DNA of 64,000 bases, taken from NCBI GenBank assembly GCA_034780895.1, contig JAUZTB010000073.1:18120756-18184755 (forward strand). The letters are read 5' to 3'. The DNA is from Rhynchobatus australiae. Lineage: Eukaryota. The translations under genes and the position numbers were made by a program. The notes beneath the pieces are model-generated. The model had not been told where the DNA came from. It saw nothing but the letters and a program-made list of their open reading frames with translations, and ran no database searches. Shown piece by piece: positions 37,066 to 50,599 of this stretch; within the stretch, counting starts at the first letter, position 1; every line of letters starts with the position of its first letter.

Positions 37066-37830
37066 ATTCCAAGCAAACTCATCTCCAAACTCCTAGACCT
37101 GGGACTCAACACCTCCCTTTGCAACTGGATCTTTGACTTCCTGACCGCAATCAGTAGGGATAGTCAGCAATATCTCCGCCATGATTATTCTCCACACTGG
37201 TGCCCCGCAAGGCTTCATCCTCAGCCCCCTACTTTACTCCCTATACACTGGTGGCCAGATTTTGCTGTAACTCCATCTACATGTTTGCAGATGGTACCGC
37301 CATAGTGGGCTGAATCTCAAATAAAGATGAGTCGAAGTACAGGAAAGAGATAGCGAGCCTAGTGGAATGGTGTCATGACAACAACCTTTCCCTCAATGTT
37401 TGCGAGACAAAAGAGCTGGTCATTGACTTCAGAAAGGGTGGGGCGGTACACACACTCCTGTTTACAACAACTCCAGACATTCTCTCTNNNNNNNNNNNNN
37501 NNNNNNNNNNNNNNNNNNNNNNNNNNNNNNNNACACATACCACCAGAAGGACAGCTTCTATCCCACTGTTCTAAGACTACTGAATGATCCCCTAGTACGA
37601 TAAGATGGACCCTTGACCTCACAATCTACTTCATTATGGCCTTACACCTTATTGTCTGCCTGCACTGCACTTTCTCTGTAACTGTAACACCTTATTCTGC
37701 ATTCTGTTATTGTTTGTCCCTTGTACTATCTCAATGCACTGTTGTAGTGAAATGATCTGTATGGATGACATGCAAAACAAAGTTTTTCACTGTACGTCGG
37801 TACATGTGACAATAATAAAACAATTTATTT
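37066..37830 (+). mobile_element. Rex1/Babar LINE (RT fragment plus 3' end)
   Basis: IPSKLISKLLDLGLNTSLCNWIFDFLT; TGAPQG..LSPLL; WCHDNNLSLNV.ETKELVIDFRK; 3' tail matches 28652-29195. Confidence 0.93.
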
Positions 37831-38144
37831 TAATTTATTGAACAAAATTTGACCAAGGCACACAAAGAAATATTTTAGGGCAGGTGAATAGATTCTTGCT
37901 AAAAGAGTTATGTTTGTGAATCATCTCAAAGGAGACATTTAGGGATGGAATGCTGGGACTTAGGGCATAGGCAACTGAAACCTTGGCCCCAGTGCAGTGA
38001 TGAATTGGTGGAGGCAATGGGCACAGGGAAGGGGTGAGACCATGAAGGGATCTAGACAGATCCTGAAAACAAAGTTTGATGATCTACCTAGGTGATCTCG
38101 ACACTGAGCGTGAATGGAAATTAAAGAAAAGAATGGTACTGATG

Positions 38145-38540
38145 CCTAAAAACATTGCCTTTTGCCTTTGAATCGAAAGGTTGTAGGTTTGAGCCGTACT
38201 TCAGCTCTTGGAGCCATAATCTAGTCTGAAGCTACATTAATGTACTGAGGGTGCACTGCATTGTCAGTGATGCTTTTCTTTGGAGATGTTAAACCAAGGT
38301 TGGCCCAGAGGATTTCAGGCCACCAATGAGAGATCAGTGGCCATGGCCAATATTCATCACTCAAATGGCAGGATTGGGAAAAGAGCCTATTATTGATTAT
38401 TATCAAATCGCTGCTTGAGGGAATACTGCTCTATACAATTGCTACATTGCAAATGTGACTACACTTCATTGGTAGTAAACCACTGGCACCTAATGAGGTC
38501 ACAAATGGTGCTAAATAAATACAAACTCTTTCCTTTTCTC
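38145..38540 (+). mobile_element. Near full-length SacSINE1-like DeuSINE
   Basis: gaatcgaaaggttgtaggtttgagcc head; gtactgagggtgcactgcattgtcag; tail gaggtcacaaatggtgctaaataaatacaaactctttcc. Confidence 0.75.
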
Positions 38541-38559
38541 TTTCATTTGTAGAACAGTG

Positions 38560-39220
38560 CAAATACCTGCCAAGTATGATCAAACCAAAATTGACTCTTT
38601 GTATATGGATGGTTCATAAACCTGCAGGGTTGGGACCAATAGCATCAAACTAGGCTGTGCATGACTACCAACAGGATTGATCTGAAGTGGTGTGAAATGT
38701 TTGACTGTCGGTTAGCTGTTAGATCTATTAATGGCTATGTGCTTGTAGAAGGACCAAGAATAAACCACCAATAGCAAGTAACCACATACTGAAGATTACA
38801 CGGGTTCTGTGAAATTGCTGGAGGCTCTGACATTTGACTTGTGTTACTTTCTTTGGAATCCGATGACATTCACTGCTTTGTGAATTTTGGATCTGATGAT
38901 TCTAGATGTTGCCTACCACTTTGACAAGCAAGTGCCAGGCTATTTTTTTGTACCTGTGAAGAACACTGCAAATCTATTTGTCATATTATGCTCAGTTGGG
39001 TGTCTGTAGCCCAGCACTGTTACTTTGTCTATTGCATCTTTCAATTTCAAACAGTGTGTCAAATATACCTTGAAATGTTCTGGCTTGGAACGCAACAGCA
39101 ACAATCTTTTGCAAAATAATGACAGTATCAGCATCCGATATAGCAAGCAAAACCATTTAATTCATTACAATAAGACTGACGTAGGGTCACTGTGTTGCTT
39201 GCTCATTACTTGTAAGGTTA
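38560..39220 (+). mobile_element. Possible third Harbinger transposase fossil
   Basis: Colinear weak motifs VRSING..V..P (GAIDG), ILDVAY (LGD.AY), FN......LK.SGL.R (FN..IE.FG.L..R), CCL.HY (CC.LHN); heavily decayed. Confidence 0.3.
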
Positions 39221-39329
39221 TTGGGAATAGAGAAGTCAAAGGTGCTTGACTGAAAGTGATGAGTCATCCAATTAGAAAGGTAGTTTGCTTCAGGATAATG
39301 TGGGAAGACAGGTGTTGGCAAGGATTGAC

Positions 39330-40595
39330 ATTTTTTATATTCATTTTCAGGTATGGGCTTTGGCATGGCCAACATTTATTGCCTATTCATAATTACTATG
39401 GAAAAATTGGTGGTGAGCTGCCTTATTGAATCATTGCAGTCCCTTTGATGAAAGTGCTCCTACAATGTTTTTGGGTAGGGTGTTCCAGGATTTAGTCCCA
39501 ATGATGAGGAAGGATTGGTGATATATTTCCAAGTCAGGATTGTTCCCAACTTGTAGAAGGACCAAGAGGAGACCTGCAGGTGGTGGTATTCCAAGCCTCT
39601 TCTGAACCTGTTCTTTTGGAGATCACAGGAATAGGCAGGTGCTATCAGAGTAGCTTATGCAAATACCTGCAGTGCATTTTGTAGATGATACACACTGAAG
39701 GCATTGAAGGTGGAACAAGTGAATGTCTGCAGTAATTAATGAGTGCCACTCAAATGGGCTGCTTTGTTCTGGGTGGTGTTGAGCTTCTTGAGAGTGTTGG
39801 AGCTGCACTNNNNNNNNNNNNNNNNNNNNNNNNNNNNNNNNNNNNNNNNNNNNNNNNNNNNNNNNNNNNNNNNNNNNNNNNNNNNNNNNNNNNNNNNNNN
39901 NNNNNNNNNNNNNNNNNNNNNNNNNNNNNNNNNNNNNNNNNNNNNNNNNNNNNNNNNNNNNNNNNNNNNNNNNNNNNNNNNNNNNNNNNNNNNNNNNNNN
40001 NNNNNNNNNNNNNNNNTGAATGTCAAGAGTAGATGGTTAGACCGACTCTTGTTGAAGATGGTCATTGTCAGGTACTTTTGCCACTTGACAGTCCATGTCT
40101 GATTGTTGTCTGGTTCTTGTTGCATCCAAGTCTGGACTGCTTCATTTGGTGAGGAGTTGTGAAATAATGTGCATTCATCAGTGAACATTGTGAACATTGC
40201 CATTTTTGACATTATAATGCAAGAAAGGTAACTGATGAAGCAGCTGGAGGTGGTTGGGTCTAGGACACTGCCCTTTGGAGCTCCTGCAGTGATGTCCTGA
40301 GATTGGGATGATTGACATTTGACAACCACAGCCACTTTCCTTTGTGTGGAGAATGACTCCAACCATTGGAGTGTTTTCCCTTTGATACCAAATGAGCGGT
40401 TTTAACAGGCTGTCTTGATACCACACTTGGTCAAATGCTGCCCTGATATCAAGGGCTGTCACTGTCAGCTCACCTCTGAAATTCAACCTTTGGCCTATGC
40501 TGGGACCAAGGCTGTGCTGAGATCTGGAGTGGTTTTGGCAAACCTTAAACAGGGTATTGGGAATAAGTTATTGGTGAGTAAGTGTCGACAATGTG
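39330..40595 (-). mobile_element. CR1/L2-group LINE (second family), RT to 3' end
   Basis: GELTVTALDIRAAFDQVW; ITAGAPKGSVLDPTTSSCFISYL; LKKLNTTQNKAAHL; 3' tail at ~39340. Confidence 0.9.
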
Positions 40596-41269
40596 CATAG
40601 ATTATTATGTTGGGAGTTTAATACATACAACAAAAGTATAATTTCTAGCCCAAATGTAAATCATTAGGTAATTACTTACTTCAATTGTACCCAACTATGT
40701 ATCCAAGTAAAATCTCTACANNNNNNNNNNNNNNNNNNNNNNNNNNNNNNNNNNNNNNNNTTATCCTTAATCGTCCTATCAGCAAATCTCTCATTAGCAT
40801 TGTTAATAGACTTTTGTTGCTAAGGATTTTTTATCAATAAACATGCATTATTTATTTTAAAGTTGTTAAATTTGAAACAATCCAACATTGTCTTGTATCA
40901 AAATGATAATTCCAGTGTCTGGACAGCTACATTAAATCTGTTAAAGTAGAAGGCCCAGAATATATCTAGGCTTCATAATGGTATTGATGGTTAGCAGATA
41001 TCCTGTCTGTATTCCTAAGGAGTTTCTAGTGCAGGGAAGCTATAGGGAATAGATCCACTCAGCAGAAATCTAAATGCGCTGCTAGCAAAGACACTATCTG
41101 GTTGTATCTTTGTGAAATATTGGACAATAGGTGTAAGGCCTGGGGCTTCCACAAAGAAATGAATTAATTATTGCTAACAGTTCTTTCACTGAAGAGGTGA
41201 CCACCAGGTGGAATTTGCGTGCAAGCTCTGGGCTTTTCCCCATCTCTGTGGCATCCACTAGCTATACAA

Positions 41270-41540
41270 CACACCAAATACCCTGTTTTCTATTGGTTCA
41301 CCATCAGTAGTCATGCCTCCAGCTGCCTGATCCAAAGCTCAGGACTTCCTTCCCTGTGTCTCTCCACATCACTACCTCTCTCTTCCTTTGACACTTTTTA
41401 AGACTTGCCTACTTGCCAAATTTACCAGCACCTGTTCCAATACACTCTTCTGTGGCTTGGTGTCAAAGTTTGATTGATAACGCTCAAAAGAAGTGCCTAG
41501 GGATATTTAAACACATTAAAAGCATACAAATGCAAACTGG
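41270..41540 (+). mobile_element. L2-clade LINE 3' tail
   Basis: ggcttggtgtcaaagtttgattgataacgctc...gggatatttaaacacattaaaagcatacaaatgcaaa. Confidence 0.7.
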
Positions 41541-41784
41541 TGCTCGACTTGTCCTTCAGGTTTAGTTTACACCTATATGTTATTTTTAGTTTTATATTTT
41601 TTAAGTAAATTACCACTAGCATTAGAACATATTTGCCCAGAGGTCTCAGTCTATAAACCTGTTGCTGTCTTTTATGATGAACAGGGCTGCAGTACTGGAG
41701 CCATAATCAACCTCCTTACCTACCTCATATTGTCGGAGAAAACAGAGAGTCTACATAAATGGTTCATATTTGGATTGGCAGTCA

Positions 41785-42650
41785 GTAACTAAAGGGATAT
41801 TGCTGGGGCCTCAATAATTCACAATCTACATTAATAACTTAGATGAAGGGATCAAGAGTACTGGAGCCAAAGACACTGGTGAGACAAAGATCAGTAAGAG
41901 TTGAGGGGGTCAAAAATAGGCTTCAAGGGACATGGATAAGTTAAATGAGTTGGCAAGAAGTTAGAAGATCGAGTATAATGTGGAGAACTGAGAGGGTATC
42001 CATTTGGGAAGGAGGAATGACAAATCAAATTATTATTTAAATGGACTACAAAATATTGTGGTACAAAGGGGATCTGAGTGTCTTAGTACATGAAACACAA
42101 AATGTTAGCATGCATGTAATTAGGAAGATGAATAGAATATTGTCCTTTATAGGATTAGACATGGAGCAAAAGGTGGGGAAGTCTTGATGCAACTTTACTG
42201 GACACTGGTGAGACCACACCTGGAGTACTGCCTACCGCTTCAGTCTCCATATTTAAGGAAGGATGTGCTTGCATTGGGGACTGTGTAGAAGATTCACTTG
42301 GTTGATTCCTGGGATAAAGGGATTGATGTACAAAGAAAGTCAAGCAAGTTGGGCCTATACTCATGGAAGTTTAGAAAAATGAGAGGTTTGAAACATACAA
42401 AGTTCTGAGGAGGTTGACAGGGTGGATGCCGAGAGGATGTTTCTTTTAGTAGGGTTAGGAGGAATTTCTTTTCTCACAGGCCATGAATCTTTGAAAATCT
42501 GTAGCTCAGGGAACTGTGGAAGCGGAATCATTGAATGTACTCAAGGAGTGAAAGGAGGGAGTAGGGAAGTGGCATTGAAGCCAAGATTGGAACAGTCATG
42601 ATTGTGTTGAATGGTGGTGCTGGCCTCCTCCAGTTCCTGTTTCTTCTCTT
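41785..42650 (+). mobile_element. CR1 LINE RT-to-tail fragment
   Basis: LLGPQ.FTIYINNLD; actggtgagaccacacctggagtactg (LVRPHLEYC); CR1 tail. Confidence 0.88.
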
Positions 42651-43479
42651 CCTATAAAATAACATGCCTGCCTATATGTTGATTTCACTGGGATAGAAAT
42701 CGGTTCAATTACAGATTTCCTCTTTATCCTACTTTGTTACCAGACAAACTGAGCAGTTACAAACAACTCCCAGCAGGCTTCGATGAATTCCCATTGGCAG
42801 TAAAACTAATCTGTAAATTCCACCTCTATCCTTACCCTTATCTCAGTCCCTGGAAAGAGTAGACACATAACTCCAGAAACATGCCACTTAGCCCCTTGAA
42901 TCTATTCAGTGAGGCCACAGCTTATCTATGAATTATGTCTGCCTTTGCCTCATGTGTCTTAATATCTTTGGGCAATAGAAAGGACTCCGTTCTATTCTGT
43001 TATTAGGAAAGATTATGTTCTATTCNNNNNNNNNNNNNNNNNNNNNNNNNNNNNNNNNNNNNNNNNNNNNNNNNNNNNNNNNNNNNNNNNNNNNNNNNNN
43101 NNNNNNNNNNNNNNNNNNNNNNNNNNNNNNNNNNNNNNNNNNNNNNNNNNNNNNNNNNNNNNNNNNNNNNNNNNNNNNNNNNNNNNNNNNNNNNNNNNNN
43201 NNNNNNNNNNNNNNNNNNNNNNNNNNNNNNNNNNNNNNNNNNNNNNNNNNNNNNNNNNNNNNNNNNNNNNNNNNNNNNNNNNNNNNNNNNNNAGTATCTC
43301 CTTGTAGATACATGCTTTCAGCTAAACTGCCTGTACATGTGCTATCAGCAAGTTTGGATGCACGACATCCTGTTCCATCATTAAGTGACTTATCAGGGCA
43401 GTGAATAGTTGTAACTCAAACACATTTTGTGCAGCACCTAGTCACATGCTGCCAATTTGTGTACTTGTTCATTATCCCT

Positions 43480-43960
43480 TCTCTCTGTCTTCTTCCACTA
43501 AGCCAATTTCCTGACCAAGTCAATAACTTGCCTGCAATTCTATGAGCTTCACCTTTAGATAACATTCTTGTGTGAGGACTTTATTGAGTGCCTTCTAGAA
43601 AATCATATAAATAACATAAATTGACATTCTACTTTTTTAGTCACCTTTTCAAAAAATTCAATCAGGTTCACTAGGTATGAGCTGCCTTTTCAAATCTATT
43701 CTTGCTTTCTCTCTGGTCTGATGAAGGTGTCACTCTATTATAATTTTCCAACAACAGATGTTAGTTAACTGGTGTAGAATTCCTCAGTTTCCATCTGTCG
43801 CCTCTCTTAAACAATGCACTGACATGTCCACTTTCCAATCAAAGGATAAAGGTCTCAAAGCAAAATAACTTGGAAAGTTTGCATATGATGTATCTGTGAT
43901 GTCCTCACCAATTTCCTGTAAAACCTTTGAGATGGAAACAATCTGATTCTGAGAATTTAT
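43480..43960 (-). mobile_element. Old CR1 LINE RT fragment
   Basis: gactttattgagtgccttctagaaaatcatataaa (minus: YMIF*KALNK, consensus YLDF.KAFDK); gttagttaactggtgtagaatt (consensus NYRPVSLT). Confidence 0.65.
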
Positions 43961-44044
43961 CACTGTTTCCTTAATTGCTGCCTTTTTATTTTTTTTGGAT
44001 TCATATCCCCAATTATCTTATCTTGTTTTATCTTTTTCTTATAC

Positions 44045-44310
44045 TACACAGAAGGAAACCATTCAACCCATCAGGTCCATACTGTCTTCCAGAGGAGCAA
44101 TATCATTAATCAGTGGTCCCCTCTCCTTATTTTACTGTACACCTGCAACTTACTCTGTCTCACATAAACCCACCAGCTCTCCTTTGATTCATTTTGCCAT
44201 GAACTAGAAGGGTAATTTAAGGTAGCATATTGACCTACTACCACATCTTTGGAGCACCTGAGGAAGCCCACGAAGTCATGGAAAGAACATGCAAATTCCA
44301 CCTAGACAGT
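44045..44310 (-). mobile_element. HE1-type V-SINE fragment
   Basis: agggtaatttaaggtagc..ttgacctac..catctttgga..gaggaagcccacgaagtcatggaaagaacatgcaaattccac. Confidence 0.7.
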
Positions 44311-45804
44311 TTATTGCTTCCCCCTTGACTCATTTCTTGCCTCACCCATGTTGTTTTATCCATATCCTTCACCCTTATCCATATCTCTGTCTTATCTTTC
44401 TTCCCTTATTCCTAATTTTGCTAGATAATGCAACATTCCTGTCATAAGATAAAGAACAGGTGTGGAAAAGATGACAGTGAATGTATTAACTTATTCTCAC
44501 CTATCTCTCACTTTGAAATCTAATTTCATTGACAGTATCATGAACTGATAGCAAGAGATAGCACATGGTGAGTCATAGCTCAGCAAAAGAAGCAATGCCA
44601 GAGAAATAACCAACTCCACAAAATAGCTGCTGTATTTCTTAGACTACAGCAGTCACTGCACATCAAGAGTACTTAATTTGTGAAAAGCCCCTTGAGACGC
44701 CAGGTGGTCCTCCATGGTCCTGTATAAAAGGACTTTTTGTCTGCATCAGCGCCTTTACCCTTTAACAAAATTCCATTAAAAAAATGCATGGACACACTTT
44801 TCATGTTTGCAGTCTCACAGAATCCTAATCCAAAGCCTGCTAAAACATGTTTTGCATCATTTGTGCTTGAATTCACTTTGGTGCCTGCCTTTTTTCCTTC
44901 CATGGTGAGATTAGAGTGCTCATCATCCATATTATTGTGAAGACACCTCTTTAGTTTCATTCAGAGGGAGGGACAATTCTTTCTAATCTGTTAAATTTTT
45001 CTTTGCTATGTTAATTCATGGGATGCAGGAGTTGCTGGAAAAATCAGTATTTGAGTGACAGAGTACACAGTGTTAGGTTAGACTGGGAGTTTGCACGAAG
45101 AGGTTGGCCATTGCATGCTGCCTATATGGAGTCCATCTGTTTCATGAGGACAGTCTTCCATGTGCTTACAAAGGAAGCCTTTGTGTCTGAGGCCAAAATA
45201 CACACTTACTCAATAATTGTAGTGCAGTGCACACTGATTTGGCTTTGGGTTACTGCCGCATTGGGTTTGAACCTAGTATTGAACCTTGATGTGACACCAG
45301 GATCAAACTGACTGAGACTTGCTCATTGAAGATAAACTCTCACTGTCTTTCCCTTCAGTTTACACATGGCCTTTCCTGCTTGCAATTTATTGAGTTGGTT
45401 GTTGTGAAGTACTGAGCAGTGTGAAAACTGCAATTCTCATGATGCAGTACTGACTGGCAAGTTTATGTGTGTGCACATGTGTGCACACACACACACACAC
45501 AAATTTGCACAGAAAATTAACAAGCCTATTGCCACTGCTACATCCTGAACTTGCTCTTTTGTTTTAGTTGTCATTTGTAAAATAAGAACAATTATTATAT
45601 CTAAATTTTACTTATATAGTTCTTTTTTAAAGTTTGTATTGGAAAATTTTGTTCTGCACTGCACCTTCACAGTGAAACTTCATATCACACACCAGAACTC
45701 TCACTCACACACAATGTGGTAGACCCTGATTTTGTGAACCTGTTTAAAACAGTCACATTGACAGCAAATCTAATATAGTTCCCCATTTTATTGCTTCATT
45801 GGGA

Positions 45805-45910
45805 ATAAGTTTGCAATCCTCTTGGAGTGACTTGAAGTCTCCAAGAACCAGACTAATTCCTAGGACACTGCTCCAAGCAAACCCAGGAGAAAAATCATAG
45901 GGTGACAATG
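45805..45910 (+). mobile_element. Non-autonomous DNA transposon (hAT-like) end remnant
   Basis: ctaattcctaggacactgctccaagcaaacccaggagaaaaatcatagg resembles a recalled elasmobranch TAGGGTTGCCA-type MITE. Confidence 0.35.
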
Positions 45911-46454
45911 CTCTCCAAGTAAGAACAGGGAGGACTAGATTATTGCCCTGTCAGTCAAGCCTGGTGACTCGGATTGTAATGAAGAACAATTTGTGTGTAA
46001 CCATTCTCTACTCACTGCACTTTTCTGGTGAAAATACTCTTCTTTCATTGCAAGAAATTATTGTGGATCTTTTCATAAATTCTGTTTCACCAGTTCTTTA
46101 AATGGAATCTTTTTCTGACTAAATTGATAGGGCTATCAGCTATGTATTATGAGCCTAGACATACATCCAACCCTACCTCCAACACATTGGTAGTGTTGTC
46201 AATAGACTGTTTGGCTTTTATTTTGTTTGAACATATTTCCCAATTATATAAAAGTATTGGCATGCCAAAAAAAATGGCTGCTTCCCAGAGACTAAGGATT
46301 TAACTAATCAGGCAGCAAAGAATCTGTTTGCTTTCTCGTTGGCTCTGAAAAGGTAGGGAACTGCAAGGGGGACAGACTGGTGGCCAATTATAGGAATGTG
46401 AAGGAGGGAAGTTTGTTAGCAGTGGAGGTTAAATGGTGATGACCTTACTGGGAG

Positions 46455-46900
46455 TTAAGACATGAAGGAAAGAAGGGGAGTGAAGAGATGCACTTGGAGG
46501 AGAGGAGAGTTCGGGGGTGTGGTGGTTTCACACATGGACCAAGGAAAGGGCGGGCGAAAGAAGAGAAGAACTACTGAAGAAGGTGAGGAGTGGGTGGGGA
46601 CTGGGCGGAGAGACACACAAGCAGAGAAGAGATTGGAAAGAGAGGGAGGGTATGTAAAGGGAGGAGGAGATGAAGAAAAGGAGCAACATGAGCTTACAGA
46701 AAGGGAACAGATGGAGTCGTGGTAAGGTGGGTAGAGGAGAATAGTAATAAAGAGTAGAGCAAGAGGGTCCAGGAATGTGTGGAAGGTGTAGACATCATAA
46801 GGCAATACAATAGGGTGGATGAGACAGGGTAATAAGGTTTCAGGGTGGGTGTCTGGGAGAAAGTGCAGGGAAGGATCATGAAGAGAAATGAGGCCTAGAG
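46455..46900. repeat. Purine-rich low-complexity tract
   Basis: GA-rich; yields spurious E/G/R/K-rich ORFs. Confidence 0.7.
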
Positions 46901-47069
46901 AACTGGATGGTCTTTATTTTATTGCTAGCACAGTGGGTCTGTGAAGTAGCCAAGAGACCCATCCCTGGAGAGGCAGAAGCATTTGAACCTTCAATTTTGA
47001 GCAGCACTGGGAAGTAAAAAATTAATCAACTTAGTGAGAAAGCCTCAGATTGTAGTGATATTGTAATGA

Positions 47070-47430
47070 TAACACGGTGGTTAATTAACTGGACTGGCAG
47101 CCAGACTTCTGGATTATTGATCCAGAGATAGAAGTTCAAATCCAACCATTCCAGCTGAGGAATTTAAATTCAAAGAGTTAAATGACTCTGTAATTTAAAA
47201 ACAAATCTAGATTCAGTAACAATAACCATGAAACCATTAATTTGTTGTAAAAAAAAATCTGGTTCACTTATGTCCTTTTGGGGAAGGAAATCTTTCATCC
47301 TTACCCAATATGGGACTCAAAACCCTCCAGATGTGATTGCCTTTTAACTGCCTTCTCAGTCCAGGGGCAATCAGAGATCAACAATAACTTTTGGCATTGC
47401 CAGCAACATCTACATCCTATGAATAAATAA
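47070..47430 (+). mobile_element. SINE (second family), near full length
   Basis: gttcaaatccaacca B-box-like; ctggttcacttatgtcc...gggaaggaaatct; tail cattgccagcaacatctacatcctatgaataaataaa. Confidence 0.8.
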
Positions 47431-47904
47431 ATGTACAATATCTTGAAATCACAGAAACAAGGAACTGCATACACCTTAACTCATCTGACCATTGTTTTAT
47501 TGCATACATTTCCCTCTCCACACAACAATACTTACTTTGGCATCAAGAATGAAAAGGAAGTCATACAAATTTAAATAGAATTAACTCTGATTGGCTCACA
47601 CATTTAGAAATGTTCATTGGTCTCAGCCATGCCTAAATCAGTTCCTGATAAATGTTGTTTGTGTAGATTATTTAATTATTTGTCCATGTCTTATGTTAGA
47701 CCCAGTGTATTATCAGGTGTTTGGCAAATTTTGATGGCAGTTATTATACATCTACCAGATTTAGCATTTTCTACTTTGAATATGTATCCCTTTGCACCAC
47801 ATTTAGACTAATATCCCAGATAGATGCATACCCACCAGAAGTGCAGGGTATAAATAAAGCAGTCATCAATATTGCATGGAGCCTCTGCTGTAACATATAA
47901 AAAA

Positions 47905-48130
47905 GAAAAGCAACAGCAAAGTCCCCAAAAAAACAATAATCTGTTTTTTTGTGGTATGGATTAAAAGATAGGTATTGACTAGGACATCAGAGAAAATTTT
48001 CATTCTCTTCTTCAAATAGTGCAATGGGATCTTACCTGAGAGAGCAGACCACTTCATTCGTCTGAAGACGGCACCTACAATATAGCACCTCCTCAGAACT
48101 TCATGGGTGTGTCAGCCAGGGTCATTTGCT
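47905..48130 (-). mobile_element. SacSINE1-like fragment
   Basis: ctcttcttcaaatagtgcaatgggatctt..cctgagagagcagac..tctgaagacggcacct. Confidence 0.7.
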
Positions 48131-48269
48131 TAATACATCTTCTATCATTGCATTGCAACCTTGTAGATGNNNNNNNNNNNNNNNNNNNNNNNNNNNNNNN
48201 NNNNNNNNNNNNNNNNNNNNNNNNNNNNNNNNNNNNNNNNNNNNNNNNNNNNNNNNNNNNNNNNNNNNN

Positions 48270-48343
<74 letters not shown>
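48270..48343. repeat. (GT)n microsatellite abutting a gap
   Basis: Seen directly. Confidence 0.97.
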
Positions 48344-48349
<6 letters not shown>

Positions 48350-49159
48350 GGGAGATCACTCCACTTGATATCATCCAATTTGTAGCCATTGGCTGAAATA
48401 TCGCCAGAGGAGTTTTATCCTTAAAAAGAATATTGATTATGATTTGTGCATTTTTTAATAAAGAGCAATGTTCCCAGAAAAACAAAAGCTGCTATTATAT
48501 AACTGATACTTGCACTCAGGAAATTAATGTGCTTGAGCGATAATGATATTAAAACTTTGACAGCCCCCAATTCCAGGTTCCATATAGCTATTATGAAACA
48601 ATTTTAAACCTAAATAATTATAATAATTTGTGTAATTACAATAATTTGGTTAAAGCCAGTAGCTATTGTGTATTAATGACAGGTTTTAGAGTTCACTGTC
48701 AATCTGACTTCAGACCTCTTGAGCAAAATGTTTTGGCTGAGCAGCATTTCTACTGACTGAACAGCTGTTGCTCTGTTGTCCAGTGAACCTACAGGTCAAA
48801 GATTGATTAATTTTAACCAGCATTTTGGAATAGCCTGCTAACAAACCTTTGCTCTTCTGACTGGATTTCATTGATGTATATAAAATCTACAGCACAGAAT
48901 CAGGCCCTTTTGTCCGTCTGGTACACACTGTTTTGAGTATATCAGCAAATACCTTTCTCCTTTGTGCAGTTATTCATCTTCCCTTTAAAGTCCCACAAAG
49001 AGCCAAGTCATTTCTATCTATTGTGATATTGCTTCAGGAATAAATATTGGTTGGACATGGAGACAATGCCTTTGCTCTATTTCAGAATAGTCACATCAGA
49101 ACTATAACATTTACCTCAATGTGGGGGAGGGTGACAGGCCTTTGGCCTAGCTTTTCATC

Positions 49160-49625
49160 ATTTTTTTATTATTAATTCAAGGAATGTGGTCTTTGCAGGC
49201 TGAGCCAACATATAATTGCCCATCCCCAGTTGTCCTTGAGAAGATGGTATTGAGGTGCCTTCTGAACCACTGCATTCCTTGAGATGTGGGTATATCCACA
49301 ATGTTGTTAGGGAGGGAGTTCCTGGATTCAGACCCAGCCACGTTGAAGAAACAGTGATATATTTCAAAGTCAAAATGTTGCGTGACTTGGAGGACAATTT
49401 CCTGGTGGTGGTGTTCCATGCGTTTGCTGCCCCTGTCCATCTTGCTGGTAGAGGTTGTGGGTTTGGAAGGTGCTGTCTAAGAGACCTTATTGAGTTGCTG
49501 CAGTGCATCCTGTAAATGATACAAACTGCTGCTACTATGCGTTGGTGATGGAGTGAGTGAATGGTGGTGGATGGGGTGCCTATCTGGAGGGCTGCTATGT
49601 CCTGTCTGGAGTGTTGTTGAAGCCA
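49160..49625 (-). mobile_element. CR1/L2-group LINE 3' end (second family)
   Basis: IHSLHHQRIVAAVCIIYRMHCSNS...LRQHLPNPQPLP; NSLPNNIV; tail ending in an A-rich run. Confidence 0.9.
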
Positions 49626-49659
49626 CACACTTCTAGACAACAGAAACAAGAGTCTGGAG

Positions 49660-50135
49660 GTCAGGTGGAATGCTGAAAGAGAAGGATGAAGAAAAATAGG
49701 GTTCAGAGAGGTTGGGAGAGCACCAGGATAGAGAAGAGAAGCAATGCAGAGGACTGAGAACCTGCTAATGAACAACAGACAAAATCAATGCTATGACAGA
49801 GTAAGGTGAGGCAAGAGACCAGGAAGGCAAGGAAGAATGACAGAAGTCAGAGGTGAGTGAAAGAAGGGAGGGATAAGGTAGAGAAAGAGATGGATAGAAG
49901 GATAGTGAGAAGAAAAGAAAGAAAGAGAGATTAACAGAGACAAATAAAAATAAGAGAGAAAAGGAATAAAAACAGAAACAGACAGACAAAGAGAAGCCAA
50001 ACAAAGGTTGGTTGAAACCAAGATAAAGGATGAGAGGAAGGATGCAGAAAAAGATGCGAGACAGAAATGCAGATTCTGACAAACAGATAGAAACAGAGAC
50101 CAATAGAATGAGGGAAGAGAGCAGAAGATGGAGAA
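49660..50135. repeat. Purine-rich (GA/AAAG) low-complexity tract
   Basis: Seen directly; yields spurious hydrophobic ORFs on the minus strand. Confidence 0.8.
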
Positions 50136-50599
50136 TATTACTCTGGCATTGTCTTTCATCCACTGGCGGATCTCATTATCTACACAGTTGGGAGGAGCAT
50201 GAAGGAGGGAGGAAACTAAAAATCACATAAATTTGACAGCTGTGCTGCAAATTGCATTAGCACTTGAGTGCACGCAGAATATTGCCTCATAATCTCATTT
50301 TTCTAAACCCAGACGTGATGGTTCGTAGTTCCCCCAGCTTCCCATTGCCTTCACCTTGGAGATCTGCGCAAACATTTGTACACATGCAGGAAGAGCTCCT
50401 CTGGTTGCTAAGGGTGACGATGTTAATTTTCAAGTGAAACTATTGCCATTCCTAGTCAAAGCAAGGAAACAAATTTCAGAAGCAGAGTTCAGTGCACAGA
50501 TGTTACCTCATCATGTGTTTTACCAAGGGCACAGGGGATGAATTTCCCATCTATAGAATTTATAGCACAAATACTGCTTCTGATCAAACAACGTATGTT

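Noticed and set aside
46455-46879. Charged E/K/R/G-rich ORF and its antisense
   Set aside because: Low-complexity purine tract with no splice context or recognisable domain.
49765-50163. Hydrophobic, membrane-protein-like ORFs
   Set aside because: Reverse complement of a GA-rich low-complexity tract.
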